Counted from the first letter of the stretch, positions 1 to 9,723 are shown. The stretch is DNA of 64,000 bases from Bacteroidota bacterium (GCA_003554865.1 PWHJ01000221.1:6594-70593), one strand, 5' to 3'. A program made the numbers and translations. The notes: a model not told the origin generated them from the sequence alone.

Positions 1-817
1 GATGTTCTTTACCCCGCGGGTCATCGGTCTCCCACAAGCCATCCATTATCCCTTCGGCTATAAGTGCATAAACGGCTTTGTCGATCGCCTCCTGCACAGC
101 CATATGAGAAGGCTCATTGTAGGTAAAACCAGTTTCTGCCTCCAGTATCTTGTTGAGTGATACAAAGCGGAACAACCCGGAATTGAGTTTTTGAGATAAT
201 ATTGTTTTTGAAGTGTGAACATTTTTTAAGATCCGGCCACTGCTTGTTGAAACTGCCCTGAGATAAACGGAAACCTTGTCTTCGCGGTATTCACCTGAGG
301 CGCCTGCACCAAAATAACGCAAACCCGCGCCCCCTGTTACAATATTGGTTTCATATGATATAATTCCGCCTTCAAGTGTTACGCCGCCAAATAAAAGAGG
401 AGGCACAAGAGGGCCTTGCTGACTTCCACCCTGAAATTGCTCCCGGCTTGATCTTATTAACCTGCGTTCATTTAAAAGATTTGACAAACCTTCACGCTCA
501 ATGGTAACAAACCATCCAGATTCATCAAGCGCCTGCAGAAGTATTGAAGTAGCTCCCTGTGTAACGGCAGTTGACCAGCTGGCACCCACCTCAGAAAGCT
601 TATATTGTCCGCTCTGATCGCGAAACTGATAAACTGCAGCAACAACTTTCTCTTTTGGCTTTGGCAGTTTTCCAAAATCTTCATGAACAGCAGAAAATTC
701 TCCTAAACGTGCTTCTTCAGTAGATGCAGGTACCCTGAATGTAGAATCACATCCTCCCAAAAAAAGTGTGAATAAAAACAAAAGCCGTATTTTTCCTTTG
801 AAAAAGAGGAGATTCAT
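1..817 (-). CDS. csgG: Curli production assembly/transport lipoprotein CsgG (C-terminus runs off the left edge)
   Basis: My own translation from ATG at 817: MNLLFFKGKIRLLFLFTLFLGGCDS (lipobox), then AAVYQFRDQSGQYK, STAVTQGATSILLQALDESGWFVTIEREGLSNLLNERRLIR, LEGGIISYETNIVTGGAGLRYFGAGASGEYREDKVSVYLRAVS. These are classic CsgG blocks. The frame is open to position 1. Confidence 0.9.
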   Translation of the reverse strand, partial: MNLLFFKGKIRLLFLFTLFLGGCDSTFRVPASTEEARLGEFSAVHEDFGKLPKPKEKVVAAVYQFRDQSGQYKLSEVGASWSTAVTQGATSILLQALDESGWFVTIEREGLSNLLNERRLIRSSREQFQGGSQQGPLVPPLLFGGVTLEGGIISYETNIVTGGAGLRYFGAGASGEYREDKVSVYLRAVSTSSGRILKNVHTSKTILSQKLNSGLFRFVSLNKILEAETGFTYNEPSHMAVQEAIDKAVYALIAEGIMDGLWETDDPRGKEH

Positions 818-893
818 ATACTTTTAGTTAATTTTAAATACCACTCACCTTTAAAGTATCATACTTATATATTGCTTCACTAATGCTATAATA

Positions 894-1313
894 CTAATAA
901 TGAGGAATGGTAACGGTTGTCTCCCCTCCGGTTTCTGTATCCAGTATATAGATAACTAATCCGTCAACTCCCGGAGTCACCTCAATTTCATAATTTCCAA
1001 ATACGTAGGTTCCCTCGCCAAAAGCTTCTTCACCAAACTGTTTAGCCATAACCTGACGTGAAAGCTGACTCAAAATTTGCCTGCTCAGGCTTGCCTGAAA
1101 ATCTTCAAGCGGATCGCGGCGAAAGGTATCACGTGGGGTAACTTCCTCTTCAAAATCACTCTGTATTTCTGCTGAATTGAGCAGCCACTGATAATTCAGG
1201 TAATTGCCTCCAAATGCCGGATTTGTCGGTCTGTAGACAAAATCCTGGCTTTTGGCTGCCATTGATGATAAAACAAGAAAAAGAATGAATACTAAAAATT
1301 TTGATAATTTCAT
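894..1313 (-). CDS. csgF: Curli assembly component CsgF-like
   Basis: Signal peptide, then FVYRPTNPAFGGNYLNYQWLLNSAEIQ, which matches the conserved CsgF N-terminal motif. Lies between csgE- and csgG-like genes. Confidence 0.8.
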   Translation of the reverse strand: MKLSKFLVFILFLVLSSMAAKSQDFVYRPTNPAFGGNYLNYQWLLNSAEIQSDFEEEVTPRDTFRRDPLEDFQASLSRQILSQLSRQVMAKQFGEEAFGEGTYVFGNYEIEVTPGVDGLVIYILDTETGGETTVTIPHY

Positions 1314-1413
1314 CTCAGATTGATTTTATGTTGGACTTGTTTTTTTATTTTTTTCAATTATTTTTGTTATTGTAAATGGTTTGTTTGTGCCTTGCGCATA
1401 AATAAAATGTTTC

Positions 1414-1444
1414 AGCTGCCCGCTTCCTGCGGGCAGCTTTTTTT
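1414..1444. other. GC-rich 10-bp hairpin (AGCTGCCCGC-ttcct-GCGGGCAGCT) with a T-tract on the plus-strand side, between csgE and csgF
   Basis: Perfect inverted repeat 1414-1423/1429-1438. The T run 1438-1444 overlaps the csgE stop codon. On the coding (minus) strand the stem is followed by GAAACAUUUUAUUUAU. Confidence 0.5.
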
Positions 1445-1907
1445 AGTAAATGCCGCTTCCTGAAAAATCCTGGCTCTCCATCTGTTCCTGGTCAATTTCA
1501 TAGTCAATAAAGTAGGACTGGGTCTGTTCTATTGCTGCCTGTGCAGCATCAATAATCTCCTGGTAACCTGGCCTGAGAGAAGTTCCATAGACTTGCCGGT
1601 CCTCGACCCTTACGGTTATTATAACCCCCATTCCGGGAACAGGACGTTCTTCTATATATACTGACAATCCGACAACACCGGAAGGATTGCTCCAGTGTTG
1701 AAAAAAATGATTATAAAAATCACTTCCCACCTTTGTTATGGTTTTATTAAATATAAATTCCGTAATTTCTATACCCTCTCCCTCATCCATAACACCCCCC
1801 TGCAGTTCCAGGTCAATTAATCTGGAAAGCTGAGCCTGCACAGAAAAGTAAGGGAGGGCAAGCAATAAAATCAGAGTAAGGATTTTTTTAAATGTCTTGC
1901 AGTTCAT
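1443..1907 (-). CDS. csgE: Curli assembly component CsgE-like
   Basis: Signal peptide, then FIFNKTITKVGSDFYNHFFQHWS and VYIEERP...GVIITVRVEDRQVY, which resemble CsgE conserved blocks. Gene order is csgE-csgF-csgG. Confidence 0.75.
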   Translation of the reverse strand: MNCKTFKKILTLILLLALPYFSVQAQLSRLIDLELQGGVMDEGEGIEITEFIFNKTITKVGSDFYNHFFQHWSNPSGVVGLSVYIEERPVPGMGVIITVRVEDRQVYGTSLRPGYQEIIDAAQAAIEQTQSYFIDYEIDQEQMESQDFSGSGIY

Positions 1908-1923
1908 ATTTTTTCTGTTTAAT

Positions 1924-2220
1924 TTATATGCTTGAGTGATATATCACATTTTTTTCACTTTCGGAAACCATAAAATAAAGTTCATCCGGGTTTACCAGCA
2001 TTAACTGACAGGGTTGGGAAAACTCATTATTCAATCTTTTCAGCATAGCGTAAAAGACATTAGGTTCAGTTCCAAAAATTATCACAAGGCTGATTGTTTC
2101 CAGTTTTTTTAAAACATTAATTGCTCCGTCAATATCATTTGATATATTAAAGGAGTCGTCCATTACCTCATCCTCCATCTCCACTCCGATCCCGTGTTTT
2201 CCTATCAACAGTATTTTCAT
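1924..2220 (-). CDS. Small receiver-like (pseudo-receiver) protein; first gene after the sigma-54 element
   Basis: MKILLIG...DGAINVLKKLETISLVIIFGTEPNVFYAMLKRL follows a CheY-like beta1/alpha/beta3 pattern but has no acidic pocket or acceptor Asp. The family call is tentative. Confidence 0.45.
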   Translation of the reverse strand: MKILLIGKHGIGVEMEDEVMDDSFNISNDIDGAINVLKKLETISLVIIFGTEPNVFYAMLKRLNNEFSQPCQLMLVNPDELYFMVSESEKNVIYHSSI

Positions 2221-2253
2221 TTAATTTAATTGTATTATTCTAACATAAATATA

Positions 2254-2269
2254 TGCATAATATATGCCA
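2254..2269 (-). promoter_or_regulatory. Candidate sigma-54 (-24/-12) promoter TGGCAT-ATATT-ATGCA
   Basis: The minus strand reads TGGCATATATTATGCA. GG (2268-2267) and GC (2256-2255) have exactly the spacing of consensus TGGCAC-N5-TTGCW. The -12 GC lies about 35 nt upstream of the ATG at 2220. A sigma-54 activator gene sits immediately upstream. Confidence 0.55.
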
Positions 2270-2510
2270 CTCCGAATATTTTCTTGATTATGTGAGACTT
2301 ATGACAAATTTTGCAAGTTAAAAAATGACCCATTTTTGTCCGTTTGCGGTCAAAAAAAACACAATTTATTTATAAACCTTATTGGAGGTGATTAAAAAAT
2401 GCTTAAATGATGTGACCGGATGCGGGCAGGTGGTAACTAAACGGGCACTGCCAAACGGCGCCCACAAAGTACTGACAAACAAAATGTTAATATTGAAAGA
2501 ACAGGGGAGG

Positions 2511-3887
2511 TTAGTCCTGGATTATGGAATATTTTTTTATTTTCCTGTCAAGGGCCTGTCTTGATATATCGAGTACTTTTGCGGCTCTTGTCTTATTGTA
2601 ATTGCAGCGCAATAACGCTTTTTTGATAGCAGTCTTTTCAACGCTCTGAAGGTTAAGCCCATCACCGGGAATAAACATACTGCTGTCTCTGTTAAATAAT
2701 TTAATATGCTGAGCTCTGATAGTGCTGTCATCACAAATTATTGTTGCGCGTTCAATAATATTTTTCAACTCCCTTACATTTCCGGGAAAATCATAGTTTA
2801 ACATTTTATCGTAAACATTATCTTCAATATTTTCAATATTTTTCCCGAGTTTCCTGGAAAAATAAGCAGTATAATAGTTGATCAGCTCGGGAACATCCTC
2901 CTTTCTCAGGCGCAGCGGCGGTATATTTATTGTGAATGGACTTATCCGGTAATATAGGTCAGGCCGGAATTCATTGTCGGCCACCATATTTTCCAGATTT
3001 TGATTGGTGGCTACTATAATTCTGACATCAATATTTATATGTTTTCTTTCTCCTATCTTGCTGATCATTTTGTTTTCCAGTGCCCTTAAAAATTTAGACT
3101 GCATATTTAAGGGCAACTCTGAAACCTCATCAAGAAAGAGGCTTCCATTTTGTGAAATTTCAAACCATCCCGGCGTACTTTCAACAGCTCCAGTGAAAGC
3201 TCCTTTCTTATGTCCAAAAAATTCACTTTCGAAAAGATTTTCAGGTATGGATGCGCAATTGACAGAGTGGAAAAATTGTCGGGATCTTTTGCTTAAGGCA
3301 TGAATGCTGCGTGCTATCAGCTCCTTGCCTGTTCCGCTCTCACCTGTAATAAGAACAGTCGTTGAATCAGACCCGGCAACCTTGTCCACCAGATTTATTA
3401 CTTCCTTTATTGCCGGACTTGTGCCAACTATCTCTAGTTTTGTTTTTCTGTAGAGATCGGAACATATCCTTTTATACTGCAGATCATTTTCAGTATATTT
3501 TTTTTGAAACTCAGCAAATGGCCTGATTCGTTCCAGAGTTTTCTTTAATTGCTTTAAATTAAAAGGCTTCAGCAAAAGACCATCAGCTCCGGCTAAATAG
3601 GCATCATAAAGATCTTTTGAATCACTCTCCTGATTTACAATAATCACTAAAGTCATTAATGAATTCAAAGACTTTAATTTCCTGATAAGCTCAATTGAAG
3701 CAGAATTCTCAGGCGCCATGAATAAAAAAACAATGTCAATACCTTCCTGACTTAGTATATTTACCCCCTCTGAAATGTCTAAGCTTTTATAAACATCGCA
3801 CCCGCTTTTGAGTAAATAATTATCAAGCAAGCCACCGTTTTTGAAGCTATCTCCAAGAATTAATATTTTTAATTTTTCAACCACCAT
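2511..3887 (-). CDS. Sigma-54-dependent transcriptional activator (NtrC family: receiver + AAA+ + Fis-type HTH)
   Basis: Walker A GESGTGKELIARSIH, intact GAFTGA loop (GHKKGAFTGAVES), ESEFFGH, RIIVATN, and C-terminal HTH (NKTRAAKVLDISRQAL). The N-terminal receiver has DIVFLFMAPE where DxxxxD is expected. Confidence 0.9.
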   Translation of the reverse strand: MVVEKLKILILGDSFKNGGLLDNYLLKSGCDVYKSLDISEGVNILSQEGIDIVFLFMAPENSASIELIRKLKSLNSLMTLVIIVNQESDSKDLYDAYLAGADGLLLKPFNLKQLKKTLERIRPFAEFQKKYTENDLQYKRICSDLYRKTKLEIVGTSPAIKEVINLVDKVAGSDSTTVLITGESGTGKELIARSIHALSKRSRQFFHSVNCASIPENLFESEFFGHKKGAFTGAVESTPGWFEISQNGSLFLDEVSELPLNMQSKFLRALENKMISKIGERKHINIDVRIIVATNQNLENMVADNEFRPDLYYRISPFTINIPPLRLRKEDVPELINYYTAYFSRKLGKNIENIEDNVYDKMLNYDFPGNVRELKNIIERATIICDDSTIRAQHIKLFNRDSSMFIPGDGLNLQSVEKTAIKKALLRCNYNKTRAAKVLDISRQALDRKIKKYSIIQD

Positions 3888-4240
3888 TTTAAACTTACTC
3901 GTTTTATGAAGCGGCTTAAAAAAAATGTTACTGAAATGTTGAAGAAATCAAATAGTGAGATAGGCCTTTTTGTTTAAAGACCTTGCATTAACCCTGTTGT
4001 ATGGAAAAATTGTTTAATTAACAAGTTTCTTAGTTCAATGCTAATATAAAAAATTTATTTAACATTAATTAATAAAAAAAATTGTTAGCTTGTCACAAAA
4101 CCCTAATTGATCAAAACACAAAAACAATTAGTCAGAGTAATTTAACCTTTAATCAAAAATACAAAAACCTGAAAATACCCATGATGAAGTTGAAAAAAAC
4201 CAACCACCAAGGGTCCGGAATGAAAACACGTTTTTAAAAA

Positions 4241-7200
4241 TCAAACATTTGCAATCCGCTCTTTTATCCATTCCCGGGCATTTATAAATGCGCTCAGCCA
4301 TGGGGATATCTCGTCCCTGCAGCGTTCACCAGGATAATGTGCCCAGTTCCAGGGATATAAAGAGCGCTCAATGTGGGGCATCATTGCAAGGTGTCTGCCG
4401 TCGGGACTGCAAACGGCGGCGGCAGAAAAGTCTGAACCGTTCGGATTGCCGGGATACTCTTTATATGTATATTTCACCGGTATGGTGTAATCACCCTCTT
4501 TGCCGGGCAAAATGAACCTTCCCTCGCCATGGGCTATCCAGATACCAAGACGGCTTTCTGAAAGCGAGCCGAGCATTACAGTATCATTTTCAGGGATATC
4601 AACATTAACAAAAGCTGACTCGAACTTGCCGGAAGTGTTGATCCTCATTTCCGGTCTCCCTTCCCCGTGTATTCCAAGTAACCCCAACTCTACCATAAGC
4701 TGGCACCCGTTACAGACACCCAGGCTGAGGGTGTCTTCGCGTGCATAAAACCTGTCAAGGCTCTCCCTTGCCTTCTCATTGAAAAGAAAAGCACCAGCCC
4801 AGCCCTTGGCCGAACCAAGAACATCGCTGTTGGAGAAACCTCCCACAAAAACTATCATATTAACATCCTCAAGTGTTTCATCCCCGCTTATAAGGTCAGT
4901 CATATGCACATCTTTCACATCCATTCCGGAGAGATGCATTATCCATGCCATCTCCCTGTCACCGTTAACACCTTTTTCCCTTATTACTGCAGCCTTAACA
5001 CCACTCCGCTCCCTGCGATCAGCATCAATTCCGTACTGTTCAAGCATACCGGAAAAATCAAGAGGGAACCTGTAGGACAAAACCTGACCGGGATAATTGC
5101 GGAACCTTTCACGGGCAAGCTCCTCGCCCGACTGCCTCCTGTCAAGCAGGTAAGAAGAACGGTACCACACATCCCTGAGCTTGTCAATATCAAAGGAGTA
5201 TTCGCCATTGCGGGAGGTAGCTATGGTGAATTTCCTCCCGTTGTTATACCTCCCGATAAATTTTGCATCCACCCCCTTTTCAAACAAAAAATCCATGATC
5301 CTTTCGGGATCATCGACCTGTAAAACCACGGCCGGCTTCTCAGAGAAAAGAACATGCAGGGGATCCTCATCGAAAAAGGATATATCGGCATGCACTCCGT
5401 CAAGCCTTCCTGCAAAGCACATCTCCAGGAGAGCCGTTATCAGTCCGCCTGCAGAAACATCATGGCCGGCAAGAACCTCCCCCTTTTCAATAAGCTCCTG
5501 CAGAGAATTGAAAGCTTTAACAAAATAAGAAGCATCTTTGACAGTGGGGGCGGTTTTGCCGATATAATTCAGAGATTGTGCAAAACTGCTTCCACCGAGA
5601 TGAAATTCGTCCCGCGAAAAATCTATATACAAAAGTGAGCTGCCCGGTATATTTTTCAGGTTCGGGGTAACCGGCCTGTTTATATCTTTCACCTCGGCCG
5701 CGGCAGATATAATAACGGTCCCGGGTGCATACACCACAGTACCGTCTTTGTATTTTTGGGTCATTGAAAGGGAATCCTTGCCGGTAGGTATATTTATACC
5801 GAGGGATTTTGCAAAACCGGAAGTCGCCTCCACGGCCCTATAAAGACGGCTATCCTCACCCTTGTGCCGGGTGGCCCACATCCAGTTGGCACTGAGCGAT
5901 ACACCTTTAATCCCATCCTGCAGGGGTGCCCAAACAATATTGGTCAACGCTTCGGCAATTGACAATACCGAGCCATTGGCCGGATCGATAAGACCGGGTA
6001 TTGGTGCATGACCTATGGCTGTTGCAACTCCTCTTCCACCACCATGATCAAGGGCCATAACAGCCACGTTGTTCAGCGGCAGCTGAACTTCCCCGGTCGT
6101 CTGCTGCAGGGCAACCCTTCCCGTTACACTGCGGTCAACCTTATTGGTCAGCCAATCCTTGCAGGCAACAGCTTCCATCTGAAGCACCGAGACAAGGTAC
6201 TCCCTGAAACGTTTGGTGTCGAACTGCAGCTCTTCAAATCCGCTCTCCAATGCAGAATCCTTCATAACTGTTTGAGGCGGATTACCAAAGAGCCAGTCGA
6301 GCTGAAGATCCAAAGGCTTAACTTTTTTTACAGTATCCTCAAATGTCAGATGCCTGTCGCCTGTAACCTCCCCCACATCATACATAGGTGCCCGCTCCCG
6401 ATCAGCCACCCTTTTCAAAAAGAACAGATCATGCGGATTGATCACCAGCCCCATTCTCTCCTGCGACTCATTGCCGGCTACCTCTTTTGCTGACAAGGTA
6501 GTATCGCCCACCGGCAACTTGTCCATTTCAATCCTTCCTCCTGTTTCCTCCACCAGTTCGGAAAAACAGTTCAAATGCCCCCCGGCCCCGTGGTCATGCA
6601 CAGAGACTATGGGATTTTTATCCGATTCCATCATGGCACGTATGGCATTGCTCACCCTTTTTTGCATCTCCGGGTTAGAACGCTGAACTGCATTGAGCTC
6701 AATAAAGTTGTCATACTCACCTGTAGCAACTGAAGAAACGGAGCTTCCCCCCATCCCGATGCGGTAATTTTCTCCCCCCATCATTATTATGCGATCCCCC
6801 TTTTCAGGAACATCCTTCATGCTCTCCTTCCTTTTACCGTAACCTATACCGCCGGCAAGCATTATCACCTTGTCATAGCCGTAAGTGGTTTCTTTTTCCC
6901 TATGTTCAAAAGTAAGAAGGCTCCCGCAAATAAGAGGCTGCCCGAACTTATTCCCAAAATCACTGGCACCGTTGGATGCCTTGATGAGAATATCCTCAGG
7001 CGTGCGATAAAGCCATGGCCTGGGCAGTATTCCGCTTTCCCACGGCCTCCCCTCTTCAGTACGGGAATAAGGAGTCATATACACAGCAGTCCCCGCAAGC
7101 GGCACAGCACCCTTTCCTCCGGCCAGGCGATCCCGTATCTCTCCGCCCGTTCCCGTTGCCGCACCGTTAAAAGGTTCGACCGTAGTGGGAAAATTGTGGG

Positions 7201-7939
7201 TTTCGGCTTTAAGGGAAAGGACCGTTTCAACATCCTTTACCTCGAACCAGTCAGCCTTGTCCTGACTGGAGGGAGCAAACTGTCTTGCAACGGGTCCCTC
7301 AAGAAAGGCGCAGTTATCCTTGTAAGCGGAAACCACCCGGTTTGGATTGGTTTTGGTTGTCTGTTTAATAAGCTCAAAAAGTGAATAAAGCTTTTCCTCA
7401 CCGTCAATTATAAACTTCCCGTTAAATATCTTATGGCGGCAATGCTCGGAATTAATCTGAGAAAAGCCGAATATCTCTGTGTCGGTCAGCTGTCTCCCGA
7501 TATGCTCACTCACACTTTTAAGGTAGGCTATTTCCTCCGGACTGAGAGCCAAGCCCTCCTGCCTGTTGTAAGCCTCGATATCTTCTATGTACATTACCGG
7601 ATCCGGCTCCTTCTCAACTGCAAAAACATCCTGTTTAAGAGAATAGTAGGGACTTTCAAGCATCGGATCATACCGGGGGTCATCTTCGGCCGGGAGAAAC
7701 TCCTCTATGCGTTTAATACCGTTTATCCCCATATTCTGGGTGATCTCCACGGCATTAGTACTCCAGGGAGTGACCATCTCGCGGCGCGGGCCAATAAAAC
7801 AACCCTCTACATTTGGAGTATTAAGATAAGAGGCGCCGCCAAAGAGCCATACAAGTTTGTTTATATCGAGATTACTGGGCTGCTTCTTTGCTTCAACGGC
7901 AAAGACCCTGCCGGAGTGTTCACGGAAGAATAATATCAT
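4241..7939 (-). CDS. purL: Phosphoribosylformylglycinamidine synthase, single-chain large form
   Basis: 1232 aa with characteristic FGAM synthase blocks (SEHCRHKIF, ETHNFPTTVEPFNGAATGTGGEIRD) and a C-terminal glutaminase domain (LGVCNGCQLM). Confidence 0.95.
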   Translation of the reverse strand: MILFFREHSGRVFAVEAKKQPSNLDINKLVWLFGGASYLNTPNVEGCFIGPRREMVTPWSTNAVEITQNMGINGIKRIEEFLPAEDDPRYDPMLESPYYSLKQDVFAVEKEPDPVMYIEDIEAYNRQEGLALSPEEIAYLKSVSEHIGRQLTDTEIFGFSQINSEHCRHKIFNGKFIIDGEEKLYSLFELIKQTTKTNPNRVVSAYKDNCAFLEGPVARQFAPSSQDKADWFEVKDVETVLSLKAETHNFPTTVEPFNGAATGTGGEIRDRLAGGKGAVPLAGTAVYMTPYSRTEEGRPWESGILPRPWLYRTPEDILIKASNGASDFGNKFGQPLICGSLLTFEHREKETTYGYDKVIMLAGGIGYGKRKESMKDVPEKGDRIIMMGGENYRIGMGGSSVSSVATGEYDNFIELNAVQRSNPEMQKRVSNAIRAMMESDKNPIVSVHDHGAGGHLNCFSELVEETGGRIEMDKLPVGDTTLSAKEVAGNESQERMGLVINPHDLFFLKRVADRERAPMYDVGEVTGDRHLTFEDTVKKVKPLDLQLDWLFGNPPQTVMKDSALESGFEELQFDTKRFREYLVSVLQMEAVACKDWLTNKVDRSVTGRVALQQTTGEVQLPLNNVAVMALDHGGGRGVATAIGHAPIPGLIDPANGSVLSIAEALTNIVWAPLQDGIKGVSLSANWMWATRHKGEDSRLYRAVEATSGFAKSLGINIPTGKDSLSMTQKYKDGTVVYAPGTVIISAAAEVKDINRPVTPNLKNIPGSSLLYIDFSRDEFHLGGSSFAQSLNYIGKTAPTVKDASYFVKAFNSLQELIEKGEVLAGHDVSAGGLITALLEMCFAGRLDGVHADISFFDEDPLHVLFSEKPAVVLQVDDPERIMDFLFEKGVDAKFIGRYNNGRKFTIATSRNGEYSFDIDKLRDVWYRSSYLLDRRQSGEELARERFRNYPGQVLSYRFPLDFSGMLEQYGIDADRRERSGVKAAVIREKGVNGDREMAWIMHLSGMDVKDVHMTDLISGDETLEDVNMIVFVGGFSNSDVLGSAKGWAGAFLFNEKARESLDRFYAREDTLSLGVCNGCQLMVELGLLGIHGEGRPEMRINTSGKFESAFVNVDIPENDTVMLGSLSESRLGIWIAHGEGRFILPGKEGDYTIPVKYTYKEYPGNPNGSDFSAAAVCSPDGRHLAMMPHIERSLYPWNWAHYPGERCRDEISPWLSAFINAREWIKERIANV

Positions 7940-8127
7940 TTTTTATAAACTTTTGGGAAAGACAAATACAATAATATATTGCGAAATTATAAAAACAATG
8001 TAAGTAATTTTTGTTTTAAAAGAAAAATCCCTTCAGCCATTGAACATATATTGGAAATATTTGTTAACTTGAGTGGCGGATTTAAAAATCCGGCCACAAA
8101 TGTTGAATCCCTTAAAAACATAAAACT

Positions 8128-8703
8128 ATGTCATTTAAACTACCCGAACTGCCTTACGGGCTTAATGAGCTGGAGCCTTCAATTTCACAAAAAACACTGG
8201 AATTTCACCACGGCAAGCATCATCAGGCCTACGTAAACAATCTGAACAAACTTACAGAGGGAACCAGGTTTGAAAATGCATCCCTTGAAGAGATCATTAA
8301 AGAAGCAGATGGCGGGATCTTTAACAATGCGGCACAGGTGTGGAATCACACCTTCTATTTTGAAGCTTTTTCACCATCCGGGGGAGGAGAACCGGAAGGG
8401 GAGCTTGCCGATGCCATTAACCGTGATTTCGGATCGTTTGAAAAGTTTATGGAGGAGTTCAGCAAAGCCGGAGCTACTCTTTTCGGTTCAGGCTGGGTCT
8501 GGCTTGTGAAGGATTCCAGGGGAGGACTCGACATAGTGCAGGAATCCAATGCAGGCAATCCCCTGAGGAAGGGATTAACCCCCATTATGACCATGGACGT
8601 TTGGGAACATGCCTACTACCTGGATTACCAGAACAGGAAGCCTGATCATATCAAAGCCCTGTGGGACATTCTCGACTGGCAAAAAATAGGCAGCCGTTAC
8701 TAG
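8128..8703 (+). CDS. sodB: Fe-type superoxide dismutase
   Basis: LPELPYGLNELEPSISQKTLEFHHGKHHQAYV, FNNAAQVWNHTFYF (Fe-type Gln position), DVWEHAYYLDYQN. Confidence 0.93.
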   Translation: MSFKLPELPYGLNELEPSISQKTLEFHHGKHHQAYVNNLNKLTEGTRFENASLEEIIKEADGGIFNNAAQVWNHTFYFEAFSPSGGGEPEGELADAINRDFGSFEKFMEEFSKAGATLFGSGWVWLVKDSRGGLDIVQESNAGNPLRKGLTPIMTMDVWEHAYYLDYQNRKPDHIKALWDILDWQKIGSRY

Positions 8704-8733
8704 GCGACTTTAAACAAGAAGCATCTTCCAGTT

Positions 8734-9564
8734 ATGATGGAGGTTTTTGCCGTAGCAAGGAAAATAATTCTTTTAATCGCGGCTTTATATATTGCCGTGA
8801 CGGCTATTGCTTTTCTCATGCAGGAGAGAATGATGTTCTTCATGCCGGGCATTGAAAACGAACGTATCCGGCAGATACGGCAAAAGCATCCGGAAGCGGA
8901 AGAGGTTAGTGTGAAGACCCATGACAGCATTACATTGCGCGGCTGGCTTCTGCACAGAAACAAGGCCGGTCCCTCTCCGCTCCTTATATATTTCGGGGGA
9001 AACGCCGAAGAGGTTTCCTGGATGATGGAACAGAAGGAGGTGTTCACCAACTGGTCGATGCTGCTTATCAATTACAGAGGGTACGGCCATAGCGAAGGTA
9101 AACCGGGAGAAAAAGCTCTTCTGAATGACGCCTTGCTCCTGTATGACACATTCTCGAAAAAAGAAGAAATTGACCCCGAGAGGATTGCTGTTATGGGCAG
9201 GAGTCTTGGATGCGCTATGGCCATTCACCTTTCCGCCAACCGCAACATTGCCGGAACAGTGCTGATTTCTCCTTTTGAAAGCATGGTAAATGTATCAAGG
9301 GAACATTTTCCTTTCCTTCCTACAGGGCTCCTTATGAAACACAAATTCAAAATGCTGCCGGATGCCTCTTCAGCCGGCAATCCTATGCTGACAATGGTAG
9401 CTTCCGATGACGAAATTATCCCGCCAGGCCACTCGAAAAAACTTTTTGATGCATGGAAAGGTGACAAGGGGATGGAAATTATAAAAAATGCCGGGCATAA
9501 CGACATATCAGTCTATCCGGAATTCTGGGAGGTTATAAGCTCTTTCCTTAACAGGCTGATATAA
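8734..9564 (+). CDS. Alpha/beta-fold hydrolase with N-terminal membrane anchor
   Basis: Nucleophile elbow GRSLGCAMA (GxSxG), a later acidic residue (SDDEII) and GHND. Size is typical of the family. Confidence 0.8.
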   Translation: MMEVFAVARKIILLIAALYIAVTAIAFLMQERMMFFMPGIENERIRQIRQKHPEAEEVSVKTHDSITLRGWLLHRNKAGPSPLLIYFGGNAEEVSWMMEQKEVFTNWSMLLINYRGYGHSEGKPGEKALLNDALLLYDTFSKKEEIDPERIAVMGRSLGCAMAIHLSANRNIAGTVLISPFESMVNVSREHFPFLPTGLLMKHKFKMLPDASSAGNPMLTMVASDDEIIPPGHSKKLFDAWKGDKGMEIIKNAGHNDISVYPEFWEVISSFLNRLI

Positions 9565-9694
9565 ACAAAAATCCTGATTATTCCACCGTATACCACTCAG
9601 GCAAGCATCTTGCTTACAAATTTATCGACTTTTTCCACAGTCAATACTGTTAACGTTTTCCTTTACACCAGCCACTTTTTTGACAATAAGTTTT

Positions 9695-9723
9695 TGGAAA
9701 AAATTCATTTGGAAAAATTCATT
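9695..9723. repeat. Tandem direct repeat TGGAAAAAATTCATT / TGGAAAAATTCATT
   Basis: Two adjacent copies (15 and 14 nt) in the convergent spacer between the hydrolase and patatin genes. Confidence 0.8.

Noticed and set aside
4288-7933. A series of 75-166-aa plus-strand ORFs (for example 6008-6493, 6902-7384, 7433-7933) opposite purL
   Set aside because: All lie antisense inside a 1232-aa gene with unmistakable PurL motifs. Their products are low-complexity with no motifs, so they are shadow ORFs.
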